DNA of 63,646 bases, the filler included, from Dimorphilus gyrociliatus (Eukaryota > Animalia > Annelida), in assembly GCA_904063045.1 (NCBI GenBank). It is 5 parts of 5 records of this genome, joined end to end, with 100 filler letters (N's around TTAATTAATTAA, not from the genome) between each part and the next. Parts side by side here need not be neighbours in the genome. Positions count along the whole stretch, not along the records: positions 24,061 to 42,698 come from CAJFCJ010000204.1; positions 42,799 to 48,725 come from CAJFCJ010000045.1; positions 48,826 to 56,435 come from CAJFCJ010000304.1; 2 more parts are not named here. One strand, given 5' to 3'. Below are positions 39,675 to 52,450 of the stretch, piece by piece. The notes beneath the pieces are model-generated. The model worked only from the letters and a program-made list of their open reading frames with translations, was not told where the DNA came from and ran no database searches. The translations under genes and the position numbers were made by a program. Every line of letters starts with the position of its first letter. Position 1 is the first letter of the stretch.

Positions 39675-41611
39675 TTTTATCTGTAGGAAAATTTAAAAAA
39701 AAACATTTTGAACATTTCATTAAAATGATTAACAAATTTTGCCAAAACAATATCTATTGAGTAAAAAAGTTGCAAACTGACAGTCCAGTGTAAAATCTAC
39801 AGCTAGAGAACATGAAATACTATTACACCACATTATGTAACATATAACAATTTTAATCAAAGGTCACATGACCAATGACATGTGATATTACATAATAATA
39901 TATTGTGGAATGTAGCAATGTCATTACTTTAAAGGAAATATATGATTTTACCTTAACCCTAACCCAACTAACACACCAATATAAATGAAATGAATTTATA
40001 TTTTATATGTACTACCATAAAAAGTGTTGTGTTTTATATTTACCTATTTTTTGTTTATCTGCTAGATTAACAAGCCAATTAGTAGTCATAGTAAACTAAA
40101 TGTATAGAAATAGTAATTACATATTAATGACAGCATCAATAAGATAAAGCTAAGATAATAATTATAAAGGTCTTTTTAAAATTCTAGAATCTAATTCTAC
40201 TAAATAAAAAGCTTTCTAAAGCTCCAAAATTATAATTTCTATGATATAACACTTTTTCTAAACTTCCACCATTATAATTCCTATGGCATAAAAGTCATTC
40301 TAAAGTTCTACAATATCTAAAGTCCGAATATCATTCCGTTATTATTTCTGAATGCACAGTTTTACTCAATAAATATTGATTTTATCATTTCAGTTAACAG
40401 TTTTTGTCATAAATGCTTTGTAATTCTTTGTTATCAATTCAAAATGTACAAGAGAAAATGTACATTATTGAAGAATTTAGCTGTTATCTTTGTATTTTTT
40501 AACCAATTTTCTGACAATTTGGAAACTTGCCAATTTAAAAAAATTGGAATTTATGATAGTAATAAATTTCCTAATTCAAAATTTACAGATTTTCTTGGAT
40601 ATAATGACAATAGACCTGAATATGTTAGAATAACATATCCAAATCAGGAAAAAACTTGGAATACAATTACACCTGTTGAAGCTTGGATTCAAGTTGATTT
40701 GGGTTAGTATAACTCCTATTGTAGTTGTACAGAGTCTTAAAATATATCATTTTCAATTAAAATACTATAAAGGTGAAATATATGATATACATGGATTAGA
40801 TATCAGAGGAAGATGTTTTTGTGATGAATTTAGTCCATCTTACTACTATACAAAAACATTCAAATTACTCTATGGCATGGAAGATGGTGGACTAAGTGTT
40901 TATAGAAATGAATCTGGACACGAGGTTAATATTATCCAATAGTTTTTCTTTTTGGCTCTTATCTATTTATGCCCTAATTAGATATTACATGGAAATGATG
41001 AATACTCATGGAATAATACTATTCATATAAATTTAGACAATAAAATTGAAGCCAGAATATTAAGAGTAAAACCATATAGTGGACGATATTACGCAATTGC
41101 TTTAGAGTTTTACGGATGTGGTAAGAATTTTTCTTATCTGAAAGAGAATTTTAAAAAAAATCATTTTGAACATTCCATTAAAATGATTAACAAATTTTGC
41201 CAAAACAATATCTATTGAGTAAAAAAGTTGCAAACTAACAGTCCAGTGTAAAATCTACAGCTAGAGAACATGAAATACTATTACACCACATTATGTAACA
41301 TATAACAATTTCAATCAAAGGTCACATGACCAATGACATGTGATATTACATAATAATATTTTGTGGAATGTAGCAATGTCATTACTTTAAAGGAAATATA
41401 TGATTTTACCCCAACTCTAACCCAAGTAACACACCAATATAAATAAAATGAATATATATTTTATATGTATTAACATAAAAAGTGTTGTGTTTTATATTTA
41501 CCTATTTTTTGTTTATCTGTTACATTAACATGCCAAATAGAAGTCATAGTAAACTGAATGTATAGAAATAGTAATTAAATATAAATGACAGCATCAATTA
41601 GATAAAGCTAA
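39675..41611 (+). repeat. ~480-bp direct repeats (39675-40153 and 41133-41611) flanking the F5/8C exons
   Basis: The two blocks are clearly alignable by eye (aacattt(c)cattaaaatgattaacaaattttgcc...gataaagcta). Confidence 0.9.
40444..41121 (+). CDS. F5/8 type C (discoidin) domain, three exons; gene boundaries uncertain
   Basis: AWIQVDLG|intron|GEIYDIHGLDIRG...YTKTFKLLYG|intron|ILHGN...IEARILRVKP...IALEFYGC, with GT-AG junctions. Confidence 0.85.
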
Positions 41612-43195
41612 AATATCCTGCAAAAACTTTTGTTATTGGATGGGAGAAAAGTATTAATCTTTAGGCACGATTTATTTATACAGATTGATTAAAGATTAAT
41701 GGGGAGAGTTTTGACAGTTCACCCTATTTTGAGACGCAGTTTGTCTCCTTTTTCTCTCTATATATATATTTTTAACAATATCTCACCTACTGTGGCTCTC
41801 TCTGTTGTTAAATTTGGAAAAATCTCCTGCTTATACATATTACATATTTAATTTATGATTGTAGTCAGAGCAACATCAGCAGGTAATTATTGAGAGATAT
41901 TGGCATAAATAATTTATCTTTTAATTCAAGGATTATGTAACGCCAATGAAATTACCTCAACAAGTCAAGGTTTTATACATTTTTAATAATTTCTGTATAT
42001 TTTGACTTGTAATTTGGAAAGAAAATTTTTGTTTTTTGGTGTCTTGAAAGTTTATCCAATGATAATCTTGAGTAAATGTGCAAAACATTCAATGGACATT
42101 GACAAGATAGAGAGACATTAAAAATATAAATCCAATATTTGCACAATGAGTCTGTTTCGTTTCATTTCCCTAAAGACAGTGTAGTCAATTAACATAACAA
42201 CTAGACTTGCTGCATTGTTAAATGAAGTATTTTAAATATTTATAGCTTAAAACTTAGCTTGAGTAATTATTGTAGACAATTCGTACATAATATCTCATAC
42301 CAGTCACGAACCAACTGACAAATCTGCATTCATTTAAGCTATACAAATAATGACTTATCATTCTATCCAAATAGAAACGACAATGAAAAGTTTTGCTAAA
42401 ATGAGTGTGGTTGCAATTTAAATACTTACATAGTAAACATCTTACAAACAACAAATATATATCAAGTCACAAATACAACTTATCATATATTCGGTGTGTA
42501 CTCTCTATATAAAACCAATCAATCAGGCTTCATCTAAAAATCTATCAAATTTAATTATCCATTTTGCAAACAATAGATATAGTCTTACAAAGCAACATAT
42601 GTTTACAACAGCAGCAACCGTTCAGCTAGAAAAAAAACAGATCTAACAATTGACCACAAAGGATTTATTAATGCAAACATATAGTTGTTTACATAACGNN
42701 NNNNNNNNNNNNNNNNNNNNNNNNNNNNNNNNNNNNNNNNNNTTAATTAATTAANNNNNNNNNNNNNNNNNNNNNNNNNNNNNNNNNNNNNNNNNNNNGT
42801 CAAACATTTATATGAAAGAATGGGAGAAAGAGTTTGGCAAGTTGTTGCCAACAAAGGTGACAGGATAGAAAAATAACTTTAATACCTTGACAAAAAATAG
42901 AAATTTAGCAAAAAAAACTATGTCAAACTAATTAATTAAGCTTATATTAAAACTTATGGTTTTTTTTCTCTGATGGCATATTTGAAGTCTGGAGGATAAG
43001 GAGAAAGCTGAATGCTGAAAACTATAGCTCCTTCATTGTGGAAGATGTTCTGCCTGTCATAGAAGAAATCTTATCTTATTGTTCATCTAAGTTATATACA
43101 CAGTAAAAATATTCGTTGAAAAAAAAACTAACTTTGTTGATATTTAACTTAGAGTTTTCAAAATTGGTACATAGACTAATACTGTTACATTGTTC

Positions 43196-43430
43196 TCAAA
43201 TCTTTTTACAGAACTCAATTATCTGTTAGGGTTCAAAAGTTATAGCACCATGGAATTTTGTTGTTATATTCTACATGTAGGTCTATGTAAAACATTCGTC
43301 AGGGTTACATTAACTCAGTTAATAATTAAGATAAAGCTCTGAAATAATTTTTATATAGTAATTTTGGTATGCCGATTCCAAATCTTTTTACACAACTCAA
43401 ATATCTCTTATGGTTCAAAAGTTATGGCAA
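43196..43430 (+). repeat. Two spaced copies of a ~50-bp motif, probably a DNA-transposon remnant
   Basis: caaatctttttaca(g/c)aactcaa(t/a)tatct...ggttcaaaagttat(a/g)gca at ~43196 and ~43378. Confidence 0.6.
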
Positions 43431-44023
43431 TGTAAAAAATGTGATGAATATTCTTAATATAAGGCTATGCATAATGACATTTGTCATGTAAAAACTAAGT
43501 TTATTATTATTGAAGAAAGAGTTTTGAGAAAAATAAATATGTTTATTTAGGTCTCTGTAAAATATTTGTCAGTTTTAATTAACTTTCTTAATATTTAGCA
43601 TAGTCTTTCCAAATTCTTATCTCTTTTTGCCAAGTTTGTGCAAAGTTCTCACAGACAAGTTGGTTAGGTTATTAGTTGTTTCACACACATTTCATAGCAT
43701 TACATAATCCTAAGCATTGATATATGATAACTCTGCTTCAAATTCCCACAGTTTCCAGCATATGCTATATATTCTTTCATTTATTTCAGACATTACTTCC
43801 AATTGAAAATTCAATTAGACAACATCACTTCAATTATCAGTAATCATCTCTGAATCCTTCACTCAACAGCAGAAATTGATAAATATTAAAATGGTATGTA
43901 CATTTTTTCAATAAACATTAGCATTAAAAGTAGCACATTTTATTACAATATATTTTGATTAAAACCTGAAGAAGAGAATTCCCTATTGGAAATCTTCAAC
44001 CTCTCTGTAGGTGTAGGTTAATA

Positions 44024-44080
44024 GACCCTGATGAGTCCTTGGTATGGAAAATAGAGAGGAAGACGAAACCGTGGTAGGTC
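44024..44080 (+). ncRNA. Type I minimal hammerhead ribozyme (Penelope-associated)
   Basis: GACC-CUGAUGA-GUC...GAC-GAAA-CCGUGG-UA^GGUC. Stem I is GACC/GGUC, stem II is GUC/GAC, stem III is ACC/GGU with a 2-nt loop, and the cleavage triplet is GUA. Confidence 0.8.
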
Positions 44081-44435
44081 GAATAGGTAGGAAAATTAAA
44101 AAAAAGACATTTTTTGAAAATTTTTTAAAAAGTTTTTTCTATTGGAAATTGCTCTAACAGTCGATTTTGGTGTATTTTTTCTTTGACTGCTTCCCAAAAG
44201 CAATTGGGACTCTTGAACTGTGAGAATTCTGTTTCTCCTTTTTGACAAAGTCAAAAAGAAACCTTTACTAACCCTAACCCCAAGACCTAACCTAACCTAA
44301 CATAGAATTGAAGGAACATAGAATTGAATCTAGGTCTTCTTCTGTTACATTTTATGAAAAGTGACTTACCTGATTGTTATACCTACGATTTTTGAAAGGT
44401 TACCCTCTAATTACTATAGAACATAGGGTCAAGAT

Positions 44436-44643
44436 ACTGGTGATAGAGTCTAAGGCTGCCAGTCAGCCATCCTCACCATTAACCACCATTAACTTCAAAG
44501 CTCCATAGCTCTGCAACCGTTCAAATTTTGCACAGTTGCTCAGTTCAATTAGATCTAGCACTGTGTAAAATTTCATAACAATCGGACCAAGTTGAAATTT
44601 CAACTTTCGTCAGTGGTCGACTTGCTTTACTGACCACCAAGTA
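44436..44643. mobile_element. Possible degenerate MITE nested in the Penelope leader
   Basis: Weak inverted ends tactggtg / caccaagta with flanking TA, and the internal aaattttgcaca...tgtgtaaaatttca motif. Confidence 0.3.
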
Positions 44644-45118
44644 GGTGATTTGTAGCGAAAAAAGTGTGGGATTTAACCAGTACCTATCCTAAGGTATAGT
44701 AAGCCTCTCAGAGATCAGTCTGGTGGCAATCTAACCAGCCACTTTTCCCCTCTCACTTGATAAAGGAGGAATACCTCCAAAATATTGTGAGTTTTAATCT
44801 GGTGACATTGTTTTAGTTGCTAAATACAGGTTCTCTTCACCCTTGTGGAGAATTTGTAAGTGGTTTTGTTGGAGATACAGTTACAGCTCAGGCTGGGGAA
44901 TTGCTACTCAAGATAGCAACTCCTCAATAGCTACACCAACCCTTAGCCAAAGCTTGGTTATAAGTGTGTGTGCACTTTTGGGATTACCAGTCTGTACTGA
45001 TTGTGCTAATCCCTAACCCCAAGACCTAACCGGTCCAGGTAGAAAAAAACTCAAACACAACAGATAAAGTTGGTTTTAAAGGAAACTTGACGAACAGGAA
45101 AGAGCCATCACAAAGGCT

Positions 45119-46896
45119 ATGACCAAAACTTACAGTTCTATTCACCAAATTGAAATCCTCAAAGAACACAACCCATGGACCAAGAAAGTCATGGACATGG
45201 TTGATGGTATTAGAATCACTGGGGGACCTATCACTGGTGATAGATTGAACAAATTACATGAAATAGCAAACAAGTGGGCACAAGCAACCAATGAACTTGT
45301 ATTGGAAGAGTTAAATGACAGACTTAGCACCTTGAGAGATAAGCTGAGACAAATTGAGGAAGTATACAATCAAAACCAATTCAGAAGAGCCATTGAGGTC
45401 ACAAAAAATAGAACCATCCAGAAATATGGCAAAAAGATAAATTGGATCCAACTCAAAGAAAGTGTTAGTCTAGTCTCCAATAATCTCAATGTCACGTTGG
45501 ATGAGACTTTTAAAAGAGAAATTCGTGATAAATTCAAAGAACAACCAACCATCCAAAAAGCCAAAAAGCCACCAAACACTCAAAGAGCTAACAAAGGGGA
45601 CAGCTCCAAGATAGATAACTCTGAAATACAAAACTTGAGAAAGGAACTGGCTATTCTTACAGATGTCTTCACTGAATTGAGATCTAAAATTGTAGGGGAA
45701 CAACAGGAAATGGAACAGGGAAAAACTACAAATGTACATAGAAATGTTTTTAAAACAATGTTAAAAATAATAGAAACAAAACAGAAATGGTTTTTAACCT
45801 ATGCAAGAGCTCCAAAATTGACAGCTCTGAAATGAACATTTTAGAAAAGGGTCTGGGATTTGCCTGGACCTGGCAAACAAAAGAACTTACACACCTATAC
45901 TACACTGGAATTCTTGATTACACCATGAAATGGCTTAAAATTCTCAACAGAGATGGCACACCAAAATTTAGAAATAATCCACTCAAGAGGAGATTGATGG
46001 ATATCCAACAACCCTCTCTAACAAACATAATGAGAGAACTCAATCACTTGTCACTGAGCCACCTCCCAGAAACAGACCACATGTTGGATAAAATATATTC
46101 AATCATTGGACATGCAAAAAAGTACCAAGAATATTCAAATAAATACAAGGAACAAAGCTTAGTTAAGAAATTCCTAAAAAAACATCCCAACATCATCATA
46201 AAGCCAGCTGATAAAGGAAGGAGGATTGTTCTGATGGATAAGGAAGACTAACATATATGAAGCCCTTACACAACTAATGGACAACACCACATATAAACCA
46301 GTCAAGGAAAGAACAAGCAAAAAACAATGGCCCAGAATCAATAACATTATTACAGAGCTAACAAGGCTCAAACACATCAACACAACATTGGCTAAGATGA
46401 TGATGGCAATAGAATTTTCTATTTACTGCCAAAAATCCACAAAAATGCAAAAGACTGGAGGATTCCATCTAGAATTCCAAAGGGAAGACCTGTAGTTAGT
46501 TACACAGGATCTGACCTATACAAAATCTCCAAACTGCTGGACCACTACCTGGTTAGAATGGCTAAAACAACCACCAGCTACATCAAGAACACCCAACACT
46601 GTATAAGCAAATTACAACAAATACAAAATTGGCAAGACAGGCACATATACACAGCAGATGTTGAGGCACTCTATCCAAGCATCAACCCACAATGGGGATT
46701 GATGGCTATTGGGAATTTTTTGTCTGAACACAAAGAAGAAGGGAGACCAGATGAACTCCTACTGGATCTCTTATGGATCTGCTTGACCAACAATGACTTT
46801 GTATTTGGGGAACATAGATTCCTACAAAACAAAGGAACAGCAATGGGAGACCCCTTCAGTCCAACATATGCCAACATTTTCCTACATAAGAATTAA
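45119..46896 (+). mobile_element. Penelope-like retroelement, frameshifted; the RT ends before the YxDD motif and no GIY-YIG is seen
   Basis: EMNILEKGLGF, KPADKGRRIVLMDKED, FYLLPKIHK...GRPVVS..GS, ADVEALYPSI and FLQNKGTAMGDPFSPTYANIFL. Confidence 0.92.
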
Positions 46897-47706
46897 CCCT
46901 GAAAAGTTACTTTTAAGTAGAAACAGATTTTTTTATAAACAATCCTACACTGAAAAATAAAAAAATTGTTTTTCTCTTTTTGTTATAAAGATTTATTTCT
47001 AGTTTGATGAAAGCACTGTAGCATATGTCTCAATTGATTGCCAAGACAGAGAATATTTTGTTCTTTTTCATAATTTTCAGTAGAGCAGGGTTCTAATTCT
47101 TCTATTATATCAATGATATTCTATATATATAAATATGTATGTATATTTTAAAGATCTTTTAAGAAAAAACAAAAAAAGCAAATACCAAATTTTTCTTGAC
47201 TAAATATTCAATTTTTTCATTAATATAAATATTTGAATTATGAATAACTTTACAAATTTCAAAAATTAATCTTATTTTCTTTAATATACTCAAAACATTT
47301 TTATAATTGTTTATAGTAAAAACAAATGGATTTGTCTCCTGATAAATAAGTGTCATACAAATATTCATTACTGAAATAGAAAAAGGCGGAAAAACTGATA
47401 AAAAAGATTTAAATAAATATTTTGGTTTTTTTTTTCTTACATGAAAATATTTCGGTTTTAAGAATGTATTCCTTGTTTTTTTGTCTATTTTGGTGGAAAA
47501 AAATTACAGATATATATATATTAATTAAATGCAATAGGAATTGGGAGAAAACATCATAACTGTGTAAAGTTTGGGGTTACATTACGGGCTTTCTTCAGTT
47601 TAGGAAAATTGTAATCATTTCAGTTTTAGCTTAAGGTTGGCCTACACTGAATGTTAGGAGGATTATAATGAAGACAAGCTTCCTAACTGATGAGAAAGGG
47701 TTAGGG

Positions 47707-48709
47707 TTAAAATCCAAAAAGTAGGACATTTTCTCCCATATCAAATGCAGTAATGATTTTAAACTTTTTGAATTCTTTTCTAATTTTTGAAGTTTTATAT
47801 GCAATTTTCATTTTTGAACTAAAAGTGAAATTATAGAGGAAAGGCAGAACTAATAATGGACTAGAAAAATATTTCAATTCACTAATTTCAAAGCCAGCTT
47901 TCCCAAAAAGTCCTATAAAAAAAGCAGTTATAGAAAATGACAAAAACATAATCACAAGATTAAAGTTTGGTATTAAATTGTTTTAATTGGTTGATCATTT
48001 TTAAGAACTCAAAAGCTTTAAAAACAAAAATTTTGGATATGTTTTGTCCAGTTTGAAAAAAAAATAAAGTTATGTCAACATTACCAATTATTTGTATGAA
48101 AATAATACTTGTAAAAAAACCTAAAAATCTTACTAAAATCACTTTTTGATGTTTAAAATGCCATAATATTTTTTTATAGTGAAGTAGTACAGCTGACATT
48201 ATATAGAAAATTGGTATGATATAGATAAATATCATTAGTGCTATACCAAAATATTTTGTTTCATCAATAGTGAAAAATAGATAGGAACATTCATATTGAA
48301 AAATTGTAACTTTGTCATTCTGAGAGGAAAGTTTAAGAGACATTTAAAAATGTAAAAGGTATAGAAATACCTATTTTAAGTAGATTACTTGAAAAGCAAT
48401 AGCAAAGGCTATAGTTACAAATAAGGCTAACAAACTGGAAAATAAATACATCAACCTATGTTTTAACAGTATAGATGTTTGTTGATTGAGTACAGATGGT
48501 AAATTCCAAATAAAATGACCAGTGTAGAAAAAAAAAAAGAAAAATGTAGAAAAATTTAAAAATGATAAGCAAAGAGAACATAATCCACTTTTAATCCACT
48601 TATGATAATAATCAATAAAAACATCATTTTCATGTTGCATTGACAATATGAGTAGTATAATATGAAAGGTTACAAATATATCAGTAATAATTCTAGTAGC
48701 ATCATCCAA
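47707..48709 (-). CDS. Divergent 7TM region of a GRL101/LGR-like GPCR; 5' part is beyond the contig edge
   Basis: YYHKWIKSGLCSLC resembles the WRxSxLC TM2-TM3 motif of the other two GPCRs. Hydrophobic exons are separated by short introns. Confidence 0.5.
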
Positions 48710-48825
48710 TAATGTATAAGATTTANNNNNNNNNNNNNNNNNNNNNNNNNNNNNNNNNNNNNNNNNNNNTTAATTAATTAANNNNNNNNNNNNNNNNNNN
48801 NNNNNNNNNNNNNNNNNNNNNNNNN

Positions 48826-51800
48826 TTACAGTCCAAAATGATTGACCTTTTATACGATTTATGTTGAAGCATGTCTCATTCACCATCAAATTATCAGAGA
48901 AAAGTGAATCTGCCACTTCCTTTTCTATTTTACCAATATGTTGATTACTAACAACAGGAATGGAATCTTTTACGTTTTCTACCCAATTTTTATGAACTAT
49001 AACTAAACCACTCCTATCAATCATAAAACATCTTTTCGAACTAGATTGACACTCAGCAACCATTGATTTCATTAGGAAATAGAAACTTGCCATTTTGAAA
49101 TCGATACCCATAACACCAACAACGTAGTCTTGTGGTTTGTGTACTTCATTAGTTCTTCCTTCGTGAATAACATGGCTAAGTGTGATAACGTATCCAGCAC
49201 CAAAAGCGTCTCTATAAGCAGGAGAAATAACTGCCCCATCTCTGTAGCCCATTGCTCTTTTGTACCAGGGACGATGCTTTGGTGCATATTCCTTATTCAA
49301 CTGTGTAGCCGGAATAAGTCTGATGAAATCATTTTCAGATCCGTAATATCTCCAAGCAGTCGATTTTGAATAATCATTCGATGACTCTGCCCATAATTCG
49401 TCAAGATATTGTGATATCAGAACGTCATCTTTAACTCCACTTTTAAAGTATCTGTTGTCAACGGTGTTTGACGAGAAATATTTATTGTAAGATTGAATAG
49501 TATCCTTCGTTTCTTCGTTGCTGTAATAGTGATACGGATTCAGAAAGGCTTCTGGTCCAAATTTAATGGAACTTTTTGTCTTTAAAGCAAGTTTGTTAAA
49601 ATATCGACAAGTGTTCTCGTCTTGCAAGTGTAATAAGTGATAGATAAAACCGGATTTGGGAGTGACAGATGTGTACTTTCTCGTTAAATCATCTTTACCA
49701 ATAGCTAAACAAAGTGAAAATTTATAAGTAGTGCTTGTTTTCCAATAATATGTGGTTTCAAGTTCAACAGTGTCAATTCCTTCATATAAAGGGTCGCCTC
49801 TTGAAATTATTCTCTTGCTTGTGGTTTGAAAAGATCCGCTGGACTCACTTTAGAAAGGAAACAGTTTATTATGACTCTTCAAGAAATAGAGTAGAAATGT
49901 TTCGAAATGTTTACCTTATAATTTTATTCACATCACTTTTTGGTATTTGCTGTTCGACTTGATCTAAAGATACATAAACAGGATCGGCTTGTACATTAAT
50001 TGGTTGTGGAAGAAGAGGATGAATGATTACACGTTTCACGTTATCCGTTAGAAATGCATAGGATGACTGACCAGCTTGAAAGAACTCTACATCTTCAAGT
50101 AAATCCGTAACGCTGACATCAATACAGGCGACACCTTTGAATGAAGTGACTACTATTGGACTGCAAAGAGAAGTAATAACTCCCAATCCGAAAGCATCAT
50201 AATAGGGAACTGTCATGTGTGTATTGATTGAATTGGTTACTTGATTACTGAAGTAATCGTAATAAGTGGCCATTTCTTTTCTTAAATTGAATGGATCAGT
50301 AATATGTTTGTAACGTCCCTTTTGAATTGGTCCTGCCGTTGTATCAAGAAAAGGTTGATTTGCCATGTTTTGTAGAAGAGAAAGTGCCTTTGAATCAATT
50401 GCTATTAATTGAAATATTGATAATAATGATATTTTAGTTGTGATTGATTAAAAGTTGAATGGAAGTAAATGATAAAACTTACATTCTCCTAATCCGAATG
50501 TCATAATAATAACTGAATTCTTTTGTGCTGCATTTTTGTTCTTTATAATATTTTTGATTTTATTATGATCACCTGATGGTTCTCCATCAGTAAGAAACAA
50601 GATGACCTTTTCTTTGAAGAAATAAAAGACATGTATATTTAAGGTGTATAAGGAAAATCTACATACTTCTTGAACCAGTTTCTGATGAAAATTTGGTTTT
50701 TTCAGAATTTGCAAGAATATCAAATGTTTTCTCAAGAGCTAAATCATATCTTGTCGCTCCCTGCGCTGTTAAACTTGAAATGTAGGTTTTAAGGTCGTTT
50801 TTATTTTGGGGAGATGCAACAGCAAGCTTGTACGAAAAACACTCCTTATTCAAAATTTGTGGAGTTTCAGCTGTTGATGAGAAACTGACTACGCTCACAC
50901 GATCATTTGGATTCAATGTATCCAGTACAGTTTTTGCTGCTCCTTGTGCTATTTCTAGAAGTGTTTTGTCCTTTGTTTTATCTTTCATAGATCCTGTTGT
51001 AAAAGTTAAGTAAATGAGTGAAATGGAAAGATTTAATTTGATGAAAAAGATAATTACCAGAAGTATCTATAATAATAACGATATCTTTTTTAACTGGACT
51101 TGCCGATTCAACGTACCAAGGACGAAAACGGGGATCGAATGTTTTGTCACAATTTTTATTTGCGGGATAAATTGTCATTACACCTTCTTCAGTTCCTAAA
51201 TATTGCCATTTGATATCTGGATATTTGTTCAAGTTTAACTTCATCCTATTAAGTATTGCTGAATTTGGATGTTTCGCTGAATGTTCAAACTGACCCAAGT
51301 GGCAACTTTTCTCTCTATTTACTTTGTTTTTAAATAGATTACTGTAATGTAAATCGGATACTGAGCAACAAGGATCTGCCGATCCTCTAGTGAAACTATT
51401 ATATTGACTGATAATTGTGGTTGCTAGGTCAGTTAGTGCCGTATATCTGTCTTCCAGTTTTTCTCCAACAGCTCGAAACGTCTAGAAGGTGGAAGTTTTT
51501 TATATTTGTCATTAATAAAATAAAGCATTTATATATACTGTTTGAAGCTAATAGAAAACGTGATCAAGTGAGATATTACAAAACAAGAGTTTGGATTGTA
51601 AAACGGCTGGGTGTAAAGTAGTTTTCTCGACTGATAGATAGAGGAGTTGTATCTAGGTTGGACCTAAGTTGAAACCATGCATTTGACCACGTTTCCTGTC
51701 TCATCAGTAGAATATATGTCTATATGTATATATAGTTAATGTAATATTACTTTGTCTAAAAGATCAACACTATTTCCATGGTCCAAATGTATTTCGTCGA

Positions 51801-52036
51801 CGTCGTTTTCGTGATAATTTTTATCTAAATAACGCTGTGTTGATAAATGTAATTATAATTAAGTATTGCTTCATGAATGATGATAATTGATAAAATACCT
51901 GATAGGCTTTTGTTTGTAAACCATCTTCTAGAAGGCTTTGCAAAGTATTTGTGAAACTTGTAATCTGTTGATTTCCATAATTTTGTTCCAATGTCAACAA
52001 AATGAAGAAAAATTTCAAAGTTTTCGCCAACTTCAT
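48826..52036 (-). CDS. VWA and Cache domain protein (alpha2delta/CACHD1 family), multi-exon, 3'-truncated by the contig edge
   Basis: Signal MKLAKTLKFFFILLTL; FDPRFRPWY; DIVIIIDTSG|SM MIDAS split by an intron; GATRY; LFLTDGEP; Cache PYYDAFGLG...GVACID; second repeat RPWY...PAYRDAFGAG. Confidence 0.9.
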
Positions 52037-52347
52037 TATTCACTGATCTTCGATTAACAACTGATGTTTACTACCCTTGTGTCTGTCATTTTTGCGCATA
52101 GTTTATATTTTGGGGATTTTCCATAGGTTAATTGTATTTAAATATGATAAAGGTACTTTTTTTTCTACTTTTGGGATAGAATGAGTCATCAGTCAAAGGA
52201 AATAACTTCTTCGGATTCGTTGAATAAAAATTCGGAAAATAATGAAAGAGACGTAGGATTAGTAAAATATGGTTAGTATATTTTTTTAAACATGATTGAA
52301 ACAAGAGAAATCATTTGATTGATTGAATTTTTTTCGAATAATATCTT

Positions 52348-52450
52348 TCCCATCTAAGGGTTAGGAGTAATGAAAAAGGTTACGGATACATAAGGGATGG
52401 TTTAGGGTTAGGGTAAAACCATGCTTTTGGGGCCGTTTTCTAACGATAGC
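52348..52450 (-). mobile_element. Half copy of the 24703-24909 MITE family
   Basis: It is the reverse complement of about 24703-24805 (catctaagggttagg...tttagggttagggtaaaaccat...ggccgttttct). Confidence 0.8.

Noticed and set aside
42254-42454. Possible PAN/apple-like exon on the minus strand
   Set aside because: The Cys spacing is incomplete and the contig ends shortly upstream, so it cannot be supported.
45142-45739. Antisense ORFs over the PLE, gypsy (7078-7272, 8581-8772) and vWA genes
   Set aside because: They are short shadows of the sense-strand codon bias, with no motifs.
51685-51707. Hammerhead-like CTGATGA...GAAACGTGGTC on the minus strand in a VWA-Cache intron
   Set aside because: Stem II cannot form (GACAG only) and there is no stem I complementarity. 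At best it is a decayed remnant.
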